NCBI RefSeq assembly: GCF_009914755.1
Contig: NC_060926.1
Direction: 5' to 3' (one strand)
From: the human T2T-CHM13v2.0 reference genome, Homo sapiens
DNA: 64,000 bases
Shown here: positions 31,501-45,221 of the stretch, piece by piece
Numbering within the stretch: position 1 is the first letter of the stretch
Layout: every line of letters begins with the position of its first letter
Notes under the pieces: model-generated
The model's input: only the letters and a program-made list of their open reading frames with translations
What the model was told of the DNA's origin: nothing
Database searches by the model: none
Made by a program: the position numbers and the translations under genes

Positions 31501-32361
31501 TAAACTATTTTATAACTAGTACTCTATCATTCATTCCAGCTATTTTTCTCACCCATCTACTGAAATTCCTTCTCAGTTTCTCAAAGAAGGAGTATAAGAA
31601 TTGATGACTAGGTCTTTGTGTCTCTAAGGCATTTGAATTTTAACTGGGGAAAAGGCCTTGACCTGGAAATTTTCTAATACTGCAATTGAAAGTTAGATGT
31701 TGGGAACAAATAAGGAGGAAGACACATTGGAGACAGAGAACATCAAATCCTAGTCTTTTCATTCATCAGGCCAGCCATATTCAAACGTATCATTTTAGTT
31801 AGATACAAGTTTCTAATTTAGTAGATACATACAGTAGTTGCAATGCAAAAAAATTTTAAAAAGCTAAATCCTGCTAGTTTTCTTCTCTTACCCCTGCAGT
31901 ATGGTGGAATATAGGTGTTGTTGGTAAGATTCAACTACCTCATGTAAATGTTTTAGGATAATACTGTATTGATGATCAAATGTACAGAGAGATTAAAATA
32001 AAGCCTCCTGAGGATGTAATATCTATAGAAAATGACTGGCTTGAGAAGGACCTGGATCTCGCTAGCTATCAGTTTATTCCTATGCTAAATAGTTCTGCAC
32101 AAGTTTATCATAAGGTACAAACAGCGGTAGATCAACAGAGAAAGAGAATAAGCAAATCAGTGCCAGAATACGAAAATGTATATAATGGATTTTTAGGGAA
32201 AACTCATTGTTTCTTTAAATCTACCCCTACCCTACACTGGCTTCTCTAAATGTTAGGTATTTGCTATATTTGTTGTATAAATGTGACACTAAATGTAAAT
32301 GCTCAGATAGATATGATCATTTTGCTGTAAGGGGTCCATGGCCAGAGACCAGAGTGAAGGC

Positions 32362-33265
32362 TGTGAAATTATAAGAAATATATGTATTGGTCTCTGCCCC
32401 CATTCCTTGTAACAGGGCTCCTGAAATCCTTGTAATTTCCTGAGTGATAGGGATGCTAGAAGAATCTTTTGTTCTAATATTTGGTCTTTGACCCTGGTTC
32501 CTGACACAGCGATCCTAAATATCCCTTGTAGTTTCCAGGGTGATAGAAGCATCTTTTGTTCTAATGGGGCAACTCTTAGTGGGCACCTAGATGGGGAATG
32601 ATCACCAGAAAGACTAAGCCATAGTTCTAAGGTTGGAGCTTTCACTCTTCTATTCCCCATTCTCAGGAAAGGGAAGAGAGGTTGGAAATGGAGTTAATAA
32701 TTGATTATACCTACGTGATGAAACCTTCATAAAAATCCCTGAACTATGGGGTTTGGGGAGTTGCTTCTGGACAGCAGAATGGATAGTGGAGGTTCCTGGA
32801 GGTTGAAGTGGCTTGAGAGGGTATGGGAGCTCCATGTGCCTTTCCACATACCTTCCTTTATGCATCTCTTCCATCTGGCTCTTTGTATCCTTTCTTTATA
32901 ATAAATGAGTAGAGGTAAATAAAGTGTTTCCCCAAGTTCTGTGAGCTGCTCCAGCAAATTAATAGAATTCAAGGTGGGGGTCATTGGAAGTCCAATTTAT
33001 AGCCAGCTGATCAGGCCACAGCCTGGGGTTTGCAGTCGGCATCTGAAGTTGGGCAGTCTTGTAGGATCAAACCTGTGGGATCTGATACTATCTCCTGTGG
33101 GATAGTATCAGAATTAAACTGAATTAGAGCTGGTGTCTGCCACAGAATCTGCCAGAAAATTGCTTGGTATGTAGAGGAAAAAAATATCCACACATCTGAT
33201 GTCAGAGGTGTTGAGTGACTGTGAAAGTAGAGGTAGGAAAAACACTCGGGTTTTTCTATATCACA
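32362..33265 (+). mobile_element. MER21A/B LTR
   Basis: TGTGAAATTAT...TATCACA; duplicated ATCTTTTGTTCTAAT motif; AATAAAGTGTTTCCCCAAGTTCTGTGAGC. No clear TSD. Confidence 0.85.
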
Positions 33266-33269
33266 GCAG

Positions 33270-35478
<2,209 letters not shown>

Positions 35479-36799
35479 TAGTTGTAGCATTAGGACTGAT
35501 TAGTGAGAGTGTACAGATGAAACCCATGAGCTAAAAACAGAATTAAAAGACATGGTAAATAGGAAAGGTGTTTGAACTTATATGGGCTCTCGTTCATTGA
35601 AAATATAAAATACTACTGTTAAAGGTGAACCCTGCTAGAAATTGATGTTACTCCTGGGACCAGGGATGCAATAGTTTTATTAAATGATGCTTTGTGGGAT
35701 ATAGCTTTAAAATAAACTATACAAATTGAGAAAGGATTAACATAGAACTGGTTGGTTTCAGTTTATCAATTATTGGTATTTTATTAAATGCTCTTAAAAA
35801 TGTATTTATTACCAAAGATGTTGAATGATTAAAAATATATTTATAACATGGGTATCTTTTAGTTTAATACTTAATGTCATAAGGTTATTATAACCATTAC
35901 ATCTTATAATTATTTACAGAGAAGCCAGTAATAAAACCTTTAATATTTTTAGAAAATTCTTAAATTTTAAATGGCATAGTGAATTAGGATGAATTTAAAA
36001 ATAAGAAGCTTATTTCCTATTCCCAGATCTCCAATGGTTATTTAAGTCTCTGCAGGGAAGTTAACTTTAAATGTGTGTTAACTTCTGTGATAATCTTTGA
36101 TTTAGGACACTGGAGCACCCTAATGTGAGGGCTACAATTAATTAGAATCTAAAGACAAAAGCAGAGAAATGAAAATAGATTTTAATATATTTCCTGTGAT
36201 CATTATTAAAACACATTTCCTGTGTTTTAATTTATCCTTCTGTTAAGTTAAATTAGATCTGTTTTCTTAATCTGCATTTTCCCAAGGGTGCATCTTACTG
36301 TATTACTATTCTATATTGTTAAATACTGAAGTTGCTTACAGTTGTTTATAAATGACTATGAACAGTGATAAGTATCAGTGTGCATAAATATTTTTCTTTA
36401 TTTGGAGTATTTATTATATATTCCTATAAGTAGAATAATTGATATTATAACTCTTCAAAGCTATGGGATCATTTAAATTTCAGGAACTTTCAGGATTTAA
36501 AATTTTAACAGGGTCTTCACTGAAGGCATCTTATTTACTATTCATTTGTCACCACTTTAATAATCAAAAACATTTTAAACAACTTTTTTATGTTAGTATT
36601 TGGATTACTAAAAGGTGAATTTGTTATCTATTTCGGCATGAATAATTTTAGGGTGATTGAAAATGAGGTAGATTTTTTTCCCAGCAACTTCTCAGTCACA
36701 TTTTCTCCCTCCTACCTACTAGGCCAGATGCACTGGATGTAGTAAGTAAGAACTGAGTTCCAGTCTCAGCTAGCATTTCCCTTTGTTCTTGCTACTTAA

Positions 36800-36950
36800 G
36801 GTGTGGAACGTGGTTTTTAAAATCAGTATCATGGGAGCTTGTTTGAAATGTAGAATCTCAGCCTTCATCCTATACCTATTCAATAAGAATCTGCATTTTT
36901 AAGGATCTCTGCGTGATTTATATGCACACTAAATTTTGAAAAACTCTGCT
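36800..36950. mobile_element. MER5-like MITE fragment
   Basis: GGGAGCTTGTTTGAAATGTAGAATCTCAG...GAATCTGCATTTTTAAG. Confidence 0.65.
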
Positions 36951-37069
36951 TTATGCAACTTTCAGCAGTTCACTGAATCTCTCTCCTCCTTGGTTTCTCT
37001 TCAGTCAAATGATGGGGTTGGCCAAATAATGTGTAGAAATTTTAAAACTGGAAGGAACTCATAATAAGG

Positions 37070-37300
37070 ATTATTGGTTTAGAGCATGGGTTCTGAAACC
37101 AGTGTTGTCTGAGTTTGAGTCCCAGCTCTACGGCTTACTGTGTTACCTTGGGCAGATCGTATAGCATCCCTGTGCTCCAGTTTCCTCATTTGAAAAATAG
37201 GGATTATAATGGTATCTATTTCAAGAAGTTGTGATATTTAAATGTAATAGATGTAAAGTATGTAGATTAGTGCTTGGCACAAAATAAGCACTATACAAAC
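37070..37300 (+). mobile_element. MIR
   Basis: ACCTTGGGCAG...CAGTTTCCTCATTTGAAAAATAGGGATTATAAT. Confidence 0.85.
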
Positions 37301-37525
37301 ATGAACTCTTCATGATTTAAGATTCTTGATTGACTAGCATTCTAGAACACATGAAGATGCCAATTTACTTGAAAGATACCAGTTGGGGCCTTCTCATTAT
37401 TAGTATGAGTTTGAAGGACTAAGGAAAGTGCCATGGAGGAAGTGGGAATTTGGAACAGTTTTATGGGATAACTAAATTTGAGACTGATTAGAAACAAAAG
37501 CATTAGGGGCATTCCAGGTGAAACA

Positions 37526-37657
37526 AAAATTCCTGGCATGTAGTAGACACCGATATATTTATTTGGTGTCTTCCTTCTAAGGAACCAGCAAATATATGGG
37601 TGTCTACTACATGTGAACAAATAAATATATGGGTGTCTACTATGTGCCAGGAATTTT
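37526..37657. repeat. 40-bp inverted repeat with a partial third copy in the loop (L2-tail-like)
   Basis: 37526-37565 is the reverse complement of 37618-37657 at 37/40 positions. Confidence 0.9.
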
Positions 37658-37757
37658 GAGGAAGGGATAGAGTGGCTAGAATCAGAAAGTTTGTTAGGCA
37701 GCTAAGGAGCTAAGATTGAATCCTCTTAATTCCAAACTTAAAAATGTTAGCTTTAAC

Positions 37758-38225
37758 TGCCAGGTCTGTCCCACAGACCCTGGCTCAGCAATGGATGAAA
37801 GGAGTACTCAGACACAGGTATGCAGTGTAAGAGCAGCTAGGGGACTGCCTGGCACTAGCAGCCCAAGAGTGAGCAGTCTTGATAAGCTGGAGCTGCTTGC
37901 TTTCATTCAGCATAGACAAAATGCCAAAAGCCTGGAGCAAACACAATCTGCAGGTAATTAACATTATTGTTTCCCATTTTAGGGAGCAGTCATGCACGCA
38001 GATGATCAAAGGTTGGTTTCTGGACAACATAAGTAAACAAGCCTGTTTGAGATAAATTCCCCTACACTTCCTTGTACCTACTCTTTGCCCTCTGCCTCAG
38101 GGTCAGAGAACAGCTGCCTTCAGCTATTCTCCCCCAAAGGTATGCAGAGCCAGAGCCTTCTGACCTTTCAGAAGGCCTGTTTCTTTACCTATAGTTTCTC
38201 CCACCACTCTGACCAATCTCCCACA
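37758..38225 (-). mobile_element. LTR22 solo LTR (HERV-K HML-5)
   Basis: Reverse strand TGTGGGAGATTGGTCAGAGTGGTGGGAGAAACTATAGG...GGGACAGACCTGGCA; perfect 6-bp TSD TTTAAC. Confidence 0.9.
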
Positions 38226-39322
38226 TTTAACTGAGAAATAGAGAAATATTCTTTTCTGGCAAATAGAATAAAGTAAATACAGAAAAGCATTAGTAGATGG
38301 AATGGGTTAGTAGAAAAGAAAGCAAAAGGATAAGAACCAAGATTTGGTTATTAGATTTTGGAGAATATGTACTGCAGGAAGCAATTATGACTCTAAGATT
38401 TTAAGTCTGAAGGACCAGGAATGTGCTTTTGGCAAAAATGGGAATATGGTAAAAGCTCCTTTGAGGAAAAGATTGCTTTTGGAAGTGTTGAAGGTAGTAC
38501 ATCCAGTAAATGTGTCGACGTAGCAGAATGCACTTCATTCAGAACAGGGACAATCATACTTTTACCTTTTATCACATTACTAGAATCAAACTTTTAAAAT
38601 TGTCATATTATGTCATCCATATCATCAATAAGCTAGGCAATCCAGCTTTGCTTTATCCTAATAATGTCAATTTTGTGCAGAAAATGGTTGAGTCTATAAA
38701 AATTTGAACTCCAAATTTTTGATAAGCAGTAAGAAAATATAAAACAAAGGAAAACTTTAAAATTCTGGAATGATTATATCTTTGTGTCCTTTATATAGTT
38801 CAAATTCTCAAATTCTGTCTAGCTAAATATTTTTTAAATGAATTAAATTGAATGGTTTGCAGTATTGGCTTTTTGTGAACCAAAAAAAGAACTTGAAAGA
38901 CAGTAAGTTTCAGCTCTATTATTTCATTATCCTGGTCCCTGGATAACATTTATACTCAGCCTGAAATAAATTAAGAACAAATGAAATATGTAGCTTTCAG
39001 ACTTCTCCAAAGCACTCCTAGACCTAGATGACAAAGGTCTTAATCTTTTTGTCCAGGAAATAGCCTAGCATGGTTTACTGTCCCTGAGACTATTCGCCAT
39101 CATAAATAATATTTACCAGAGTCTTTTGCCTTTAAACTACACAGGAGCAGAAAAACTGATCGGAGGGTGGCATGTGTGTTATAATACTGATTATTGGGTG
39201 AAAAGTGCATTTGTGAGCAAATGTGGTGCTGCCTAGCAACTGCTTCTAGGCAGAGTGGCTGGGAGCCAGCTGTTGTCATCATTCAGGAGCTATCAGCCTA
39301 TTTCTACATACTTTATATCTGT

Positions 39323-39495
39323 TTTGGATTATTTGGATTCCAGTTGTAAGGTACAGTTTTTCTTAGCAACTCTTAAGGCAGTACTAAATATTTTGCTTTT
39401 TAGTGATTATTTGGATTATTTGGATTCCAGTTGTAAGGTACAGTTTTTCTTAGCAACTCTTAAGGCAGTACTAAATATTTTGCTTTTTAGTGATT
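39323..39495 (+). repeat. Perfect 87-bp tandem duplication
   Basis: 39323-39408 is identical to 39410-39495; also visible as a 29-aa repeat in ORF 39255..39497. Confidence 0.97.
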
Positions 39496-40434
39496 GACAC
39501 ACCAAACCCTTACTTTCTACCCATCTCTGAATGTAAAAAATACACAGCTTTTTAACTATAATGGAATATATGTCTGAAGTTGGGTACTTTCGTATTTTGA
39601 AAAACCATTGACATCCATTCCTTTTAGGCCTAAACTCTGGCACATTCTTAAGTGGTCTAGGATTACACCCAGGTTTCTACCTACTACTGAGAATGTAAGA
39701 GGTGGTATGAAACATGCTTCAGAAACTTTTAACTCATCTTCTGAAGAATTCATTCCTGGCCTTCTTTGTGTAGTTACTACTTTCACTACTGATCATGATT
39801 TATTTTCTTGCCCCTGACCCTTGCAGCAGGATAGAGCTAAGTTAACAGAAGTGAAGCAGTAGATGGTAGAGTAACTAGAGGTTATGCCAGAACTTGATGA
39901 GGAGTAGATAGGCCATATTAGTGGAGTAGAAGTCCCTCCAGGGAGAAGAGTGCTCACAAAAATTGAAGGAGTATACAGTAAGTACTATAGCCTAATACTG
40001 TTTGAGTACTTCCCGATACTCCTAGGCAGTTCAGCTCCTCTAATTCTGTCCAAGCTTCTTGTTCACACAGTCACTAAATACTTAAGTGTACACTTGCATT
40101 CAGTCAACAATGCATTCATCCTTTTATCCCCATGGCTGCTGAGAAGTCTCATCCACTCTCCTTGCTCATTTTCTTACAGCTGTCCAGTCTCCTAACTCAT
40201 TCCTATTTATCTGCAAACCCACTTCCTCTGTGCCCTCAACCTTTTAACAGGGCACTCCATCACATCTTTTAAAATTGAAACCCCAAGGAGCTTACTTCAT
40301 TTTCAGTTCCCTCCAACAGAGCCTGTTCTTTGTCCATACCTCATAAGCCAAAGCCAGGAGATAGGTTTTTATCATCTTTAGCTCCCTATACCACTTCCAG
40401 GCCATTTTCATGAGAAGACCCTCTTCATTTGGGA

Positions 40435-41010
40435 GACAATATAGGACTTAAGAGTACAGGATTTGGACGTAGACCCTTATTTGGGGATGTTAACCTTTAT
40501 GAGCCTCAATTTCCACATCTGAAAGGAAGGATAAGAATATCATTTGGCAAAGTTGTTATGAGGATTAAATTTATGCATTCTTTTCACAAGCCTTTGTGGA
40601 TTACTATGTGCTAGCACTTTTTAAAGTACTCAACAAAACAAATAATTCCTACTCTCCTGAAGCTTGTAGTTTCATGAGGGGGAATAAAGTCTTCTTTAAA
40701 CAAGTAAATACATAAACACAATGATGAAATCTGATATGAAAGAAAGTATATCAAGTGTTTAATTGGAAGTAAAATTTAGATGGTGGTGAGCTGGTTAGGA
40801 GAAAGGTTTGGTTAGGAGGTGACATTTAAAGTTACAGTAGAAGGATAAGTAGGATTTAGGCAAAGGAGCAAAGGATAGAGGGCATTACAGAAATAAGGCA
40901 GCTTGGCACTTTCTAGAGACTGAGAAAAGGCCATTATGAAAGGGAGAGGTGTTACAGAGTGCAGTCAGAGATGTAGGATGGGGCAGAATTTATAGGACCT
41001 GAATATGAAG
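40435..41010. mobile_element. MIR (+) followed by L2 (-) fragments
   Basis: GAGCCTCAATTTCCACATCTG...GTTGTTATGAGGATTAAAT; then ACTATGTGCTAGCAC...GGAGGTGACATTTAA. Confidence 0.7.
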
Positions 41011-41012
41011 GC

Positions 41013-43321
41013 TATATTAGTCCATTCTCACACTGCTGTGAAGAAATACCCAAGGCTGAGTAATTTATAAAGGAAAGAGGTTTAATTCACTCACTGTTCT
41101 GCAGGGCTGGGAGGCCTCAGGACGCCTACAATCATGGCAGAAGGGGAAGCAAACACATTGTTCTTTGCATGGTGGCGGCAAGGAGTAGTGCTAAGCAAAG
41201 AGGGAAAAGCTCCTTATAAAACCATCAGATCTCATGAGAACTCACTATCACAAAAACAGCAGCATAGGGGTAACCACCTCCATGATTCAATTACCTCCCA
41301 CAACATGTGGAGGTTATGGGAACTACAATTCAAGATGACATTTGGGTGCAGACACAGCCAAACCATATCATTCCACCCCCGGCCCCTCCCAAATCTCATG
41401 TCGTCACATTTCAAAACACAATCATGCCTTCCCAACAGTGCCCCAATATCTTAACTCATTCTATCATTAACCCAAATGTCCAAGTCCAAAGTCTCATCTG
41501 AGACAAGGCAAGTCCCTTCCATCTATGAGCCTGTAAAATCAAAAGCAAGTTAGTTACTTCCTAGATACTATGGGGGTACAGGCATTGGGTAAATACACCT
41601 ATCCAAAATGGGAGAAATTGGCCAAAATGAAGGGGCTACAGACCCCATGCAAGTCTGAAATCCGATGGGTCAGTCAGATCTTAAAGCTCTAAAATGATCT
41701 CCTTTGACTCCATGTCTCACATCCAGGTCACACTGATATAAGAGGTGAGTTCCCATGGTCTTGGTTAGCTCTACCCCTGTGGCTTTGCAGGGTATACTCC
41801 CCTCCTGGCTGCTTTCATGGGCTGCTGTTGGGTGTCTGTGGCTTTTCCAGATACACGGTGCAAGCTATCTGTGGATCTACCATTCTGGGGTCTAGAGGAC
41901 AGTGGTCCTCTTCTCACAGCTCCACTAGGCAGTGCCCCAGTGGGATCTCAGTGTGGGGGCTCCCACACCACATTTCCCTTCTGCACTGCCCTAGGAGAGG
42001 TTCTCCACAAGGGCTCCATTCCTGCAGCACACTACTGCTTGGACATCCAGGCATCTTCTGAAATCTAGGCAGAGGTTCCCAAACCTCAGTCCTTGACTTC
42101 TGTGCACCTGCAGGCTCAACACCATATGGAAGCTGCCAAGGCTTGGAGCTTGCACCCTCTGAAGCCATGGTCACACTGTACCTTGGCCCCTTTTAGCCAC
42201 AGCTGGGACACAGGGCACCAAGTCCTGAGGCTGCATACAGCAGGGAGGCCCTGGACCCGGCCCATGAAACCATTTTTTCCTCCTAGGCCTCCAGGCCTGT
42301 GATGGGAGGGGCTGCTGTGAAGGTCTCCGACATAGCCTGGAGACATTTTTCCTATTGTCTTGGGGATCAACATTTGGCTCCTCATTACCTATGCAAATTT
42401 CTGCAACGGGCTTAAATTTCTGCCCAGAAAATGGGTTTTTCTTTTCTATCACATTGTCAGGCTGCAAATTTTCCAAACGTTTGTGTTCTGCTTCTTCTTG
42501 AACACTTTACCACTTAGAAATTTCTTCTGCCAGGTACCCTACGTCATCTCTCCCAAGTTCAAAGTTCTGCAGATCTCTAGGGCAGGGGAAAAATGCCACC
42601 TGTCTCTTTGCTAAAGCATAGCAAGTGTGACTTTTACTCCAATTCCCAACAAGTTTCTTATCTCCCTCTGAGACCACCTCAGCCTGGACTTCATTGTCCA
42701 TATCACTATCAGTATTTTGGTCAAGGCCATTCAACAAGTCTCTAGGAAGTTCCAAACATTCCCACATCTTCCTGTCTTCTGAGCCTCCCAAGTCTCTGGG
42801 AAGCTCCAAACTTTTCCTTATTTTCCTGTCTTCTTTGGAACCCTCCAAACTGTTCCAACCTCTGCCTGTTATGCAGTTTCAAAGTCGCTTCCACATTTTT
42901 AGGTATCCTTATAGCAGCACTCCACTCTACTGGTACCAGTTTACTATATTAGTCTCTTCTCACACTGCTGTGAAAAAATACCTGAGACTGGGTAATTTAT
43001 AAAGAAAAGAGGTTTAATTGACTCACAATTCTGCAGGGCTGGGGAGGCCTCAGGAAACTTACAGTCATGGTGGAAGGAGAAGCAAACACATCCTTCTTCA
43101 TATGGTGGCAGCAAGGAGCACTGCTGAGCAAAGAGGGAAAAGCCCCGTGTAAAACCATCAGATCTCATGAGAACTCATTCACTATCAAGAAAACAGCAGC
43201 ATGGGGGTAACCACCCCCATGATTCAGTTACCTCCCACAAGGTCTCTCCCATGACATGTAGGGATTATGGGAACTACAATGCAAGATCACACTTGGGTGG
43301 GGACACAGCCAAACAATATCA
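41013..43321 (-). mobile_element. Full-length THE1C MaLR provirus (LTR 41013-41370, internal 41371-42944, LTR 42945-43321)
   Basis: Two LTRs with shared private variants (TATATTAGT, AACAGCAGCAT), ~1.57-kb THE1-int, TSD AAGGC/AAGGA. Confidence 0.93.
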
Positions 43322-43333
43322 AAGGAGTTTTAC

Positions 43334-43854
43334 TGTTATTGAGCAAAGGGGGCTTGCTGCCTAATGTGCTAGAAGCCAATATTATGATACCCGGTTTTTG
43401 AGAGAAGCTTTATATTGCAAGTTGACTCACAAGAGACACAAGTCAAGCTGAAATCTTTCTCCTCGTGCTGACTTTAAGGCAGTAATTTTATTTAAAAAGG
43501 CTTAGCGGGAGGATTCTGGGATTAGCAGGTGATTGGCGGAAGGAAAGGTGAGGTCTGGAAAGTCCTCAGGCATGTGCAGTTACCTCTTCATGCTACTTCG
43601 TGGGTCCCATGTGCATATTCGAAAATGAGTTAGTATGAAACATGCAGTGGAAATTCAGGCTGTGATGTCAGCAGGCTTGTTCTGTGCAGACTCCAGTCGG
43701 TCATATTGGTTCCAACTGATTTCAGCCAGCTTCATGATCTTACAAATGGAGGGAATTTCAGTGTTTCAGCAAGTTGTTTCTCTTATCTGCCATCCTGCAA
43801 ACTCAAGAATTTCTGTTAGTTATGGTGTCTTTAACTCTTTGTGGCACAGTTTCA
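43334..43854 (-). mobile_element. ERV1 (MER4-group) solo LTR, subfamily uncertain
   Basis: Reverse strand TGAAACTGTGCC...GCTCAATAACA; perfect 4-bp TSD TTAC. Confidence 0.85.
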
Positions 43855-44282
43855 TTACTTCCATTTAAAATGTCATTAGACACAATGATTTTAAGTAAAG
43901 GTATAATATCATTTATGCAATTAAAAGATCTCTGAGGACAGTGCTTGGAACACATTACTTACTTGGTAAATGAAGTTATATTCACATGGGCCTTGCTCTC
44001 CAATATTTATGAGGTATAATGTATCTGGGTCACAGTTTTGCTCTCTACCCCAAACTCTTGCCACCACTCTTTGATTAGCTCAGCCAGTGTTCCCACTTCA
44101 GAACTCCTTGACATCCACAATTCCAAGGGGCCACTCTTTGGAGCTTCTCTGGACCAGAGGCTTCCCTATCTGTGAAATCTTATATGCCAGTAAACTTCTA
44201 GGCCTCCACAGTGGTAAGAAATGAGGATGAAAAGAAAGCCAAGTTGTGAAAGGTTGCTTTGAGGCTAACAAACTGGTACTTT

Positions 44283-44856
44283 TGATACCAGTGGGCTGGG
44301 GGAGGTCCCCAGATGCTGGTGGGACCTTGACTGCAGCCACTGTGCAGGCTCTTGATACCATCGCAAGAGTGAATTCAAGGACAAGTCAGAAAATAGTGAA
44401 GGTTACAGAGATTAATTGCAAAGGGAAAAGTACACCCTCAATAAAAGGCAGTGTGGGTGTCCTCAAGAGAGTCACCCACAAGGGGGTTTGGGGCTGCTAC
44501 CTTTATGGGTTTCCTTAACCAAGGGGTGGAATATTCATGAAAATTCCTGGAAACAGGTGCAGATTTCTGAGAACTGCAGTACTACCCATTTTTATACTAA
44601 ATATGGATGTTCTTGGAACTGTCATGGCACTGGGGGGCGGGGGTGTGTGATTTAGTATGTTAATGACCATATAATAAGGTCCTATTTGTGAAACCTAGGT
44701 AAAATCCAGTGCCATGTTGGGTCCAGTCAGTCTTAGCCAGCTTGGTCCACACCTTGTTTTTCAGGGTTTTATCAGCCCATAGTCTCTAGTCATGTGTAAC
44801 TGCTGCCTGGAGTTTTTTTTAATTCTCCTGCAACCACCCTGTATTATTCCTGTCAA
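44283..44856 (-). mobile_element. ERV1 solo LTR (MER51-like group), subfamily uncertain
   Basis: TG...CA ends; GAATTCAAGGACAAGTC, GAAAAGTACAC, GGGGTGGAATATTCATG; flanked by ACTTT on both sides. Confidence 0.78.
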
Positions 44857-44899
44857 ACTTTATCCTGTAGGAAAAAAAAAAAAAAAAAAGCAACACTGA

Positions 44900-45200
44900 A
44901 CTTTATAGTTCCCTAAATACCATGGAACATGCCGTTCCCTGTACTTGAAATGTCCCCTCTTTCCAGGATCACCTTCAAGCTCCTAGCCATCCTGTAGATC
45001 TAGCTTGGCTCTCATCACTTCTAGGAAGCCTTCCTTGGCAAATGAAAGTAGTTAATCACATTACATCTTGTGTATAGCTCTTGGTGTTCTTGTGCCTTAT
45101 CATCATATGTTTATGTTTTTGGCTCCCTGATTTGAACTCTTTGAAAGCGAGAACTTCTATCCGTATTATTGTGTTCTCAGTGTCTGACCTAAAGGATTTC
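44900..45200 (+). mobile_element. L2 3' fragment
   Basis: ATCACTTCTAGGAAGCCTTCCTTG...TGAACTCTTTGAAAGC. Confidence 0.65.
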
Positions 45201-45221
45201 TTCAAGAGTTTTTGAGTTCTC

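Larger units (their letters stand above)
28241..32329 (+). pseudogene. Putative decayed coding relic (envelope-glycoprotein-like) in four blocks: ~28241-28870, 29572-29840, 30888-31260, 31560-32329
   Basis: Manual translation: Cys-rich block, RHKR motif, heptad-like segments, N-x-S/T sites and a hydrophobic Cys-rich end; several in-frame stops. No homology search was possible. Confidence 0.35.

Noticed and set aside
33081-33112. 12-bp-stem hairpin TCTGATACTATC...GATAGTATCAGA
   Set aside because: As I recall, part of the MER21 consensus, so not locus-specific.
39255-39497. ORF with a 29-aa repeat; CRISPR-like or repeat-protein idea
   Set aside because: Only two adjacent copies with no spacers, in primate DNA; explained by the 87-bp duplication.
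41134-43364. Dense cluster of 60-113 aa ORFs
   Set aside because: All lie within the THE1C LTRs or internal region; the internal ORF is broken.
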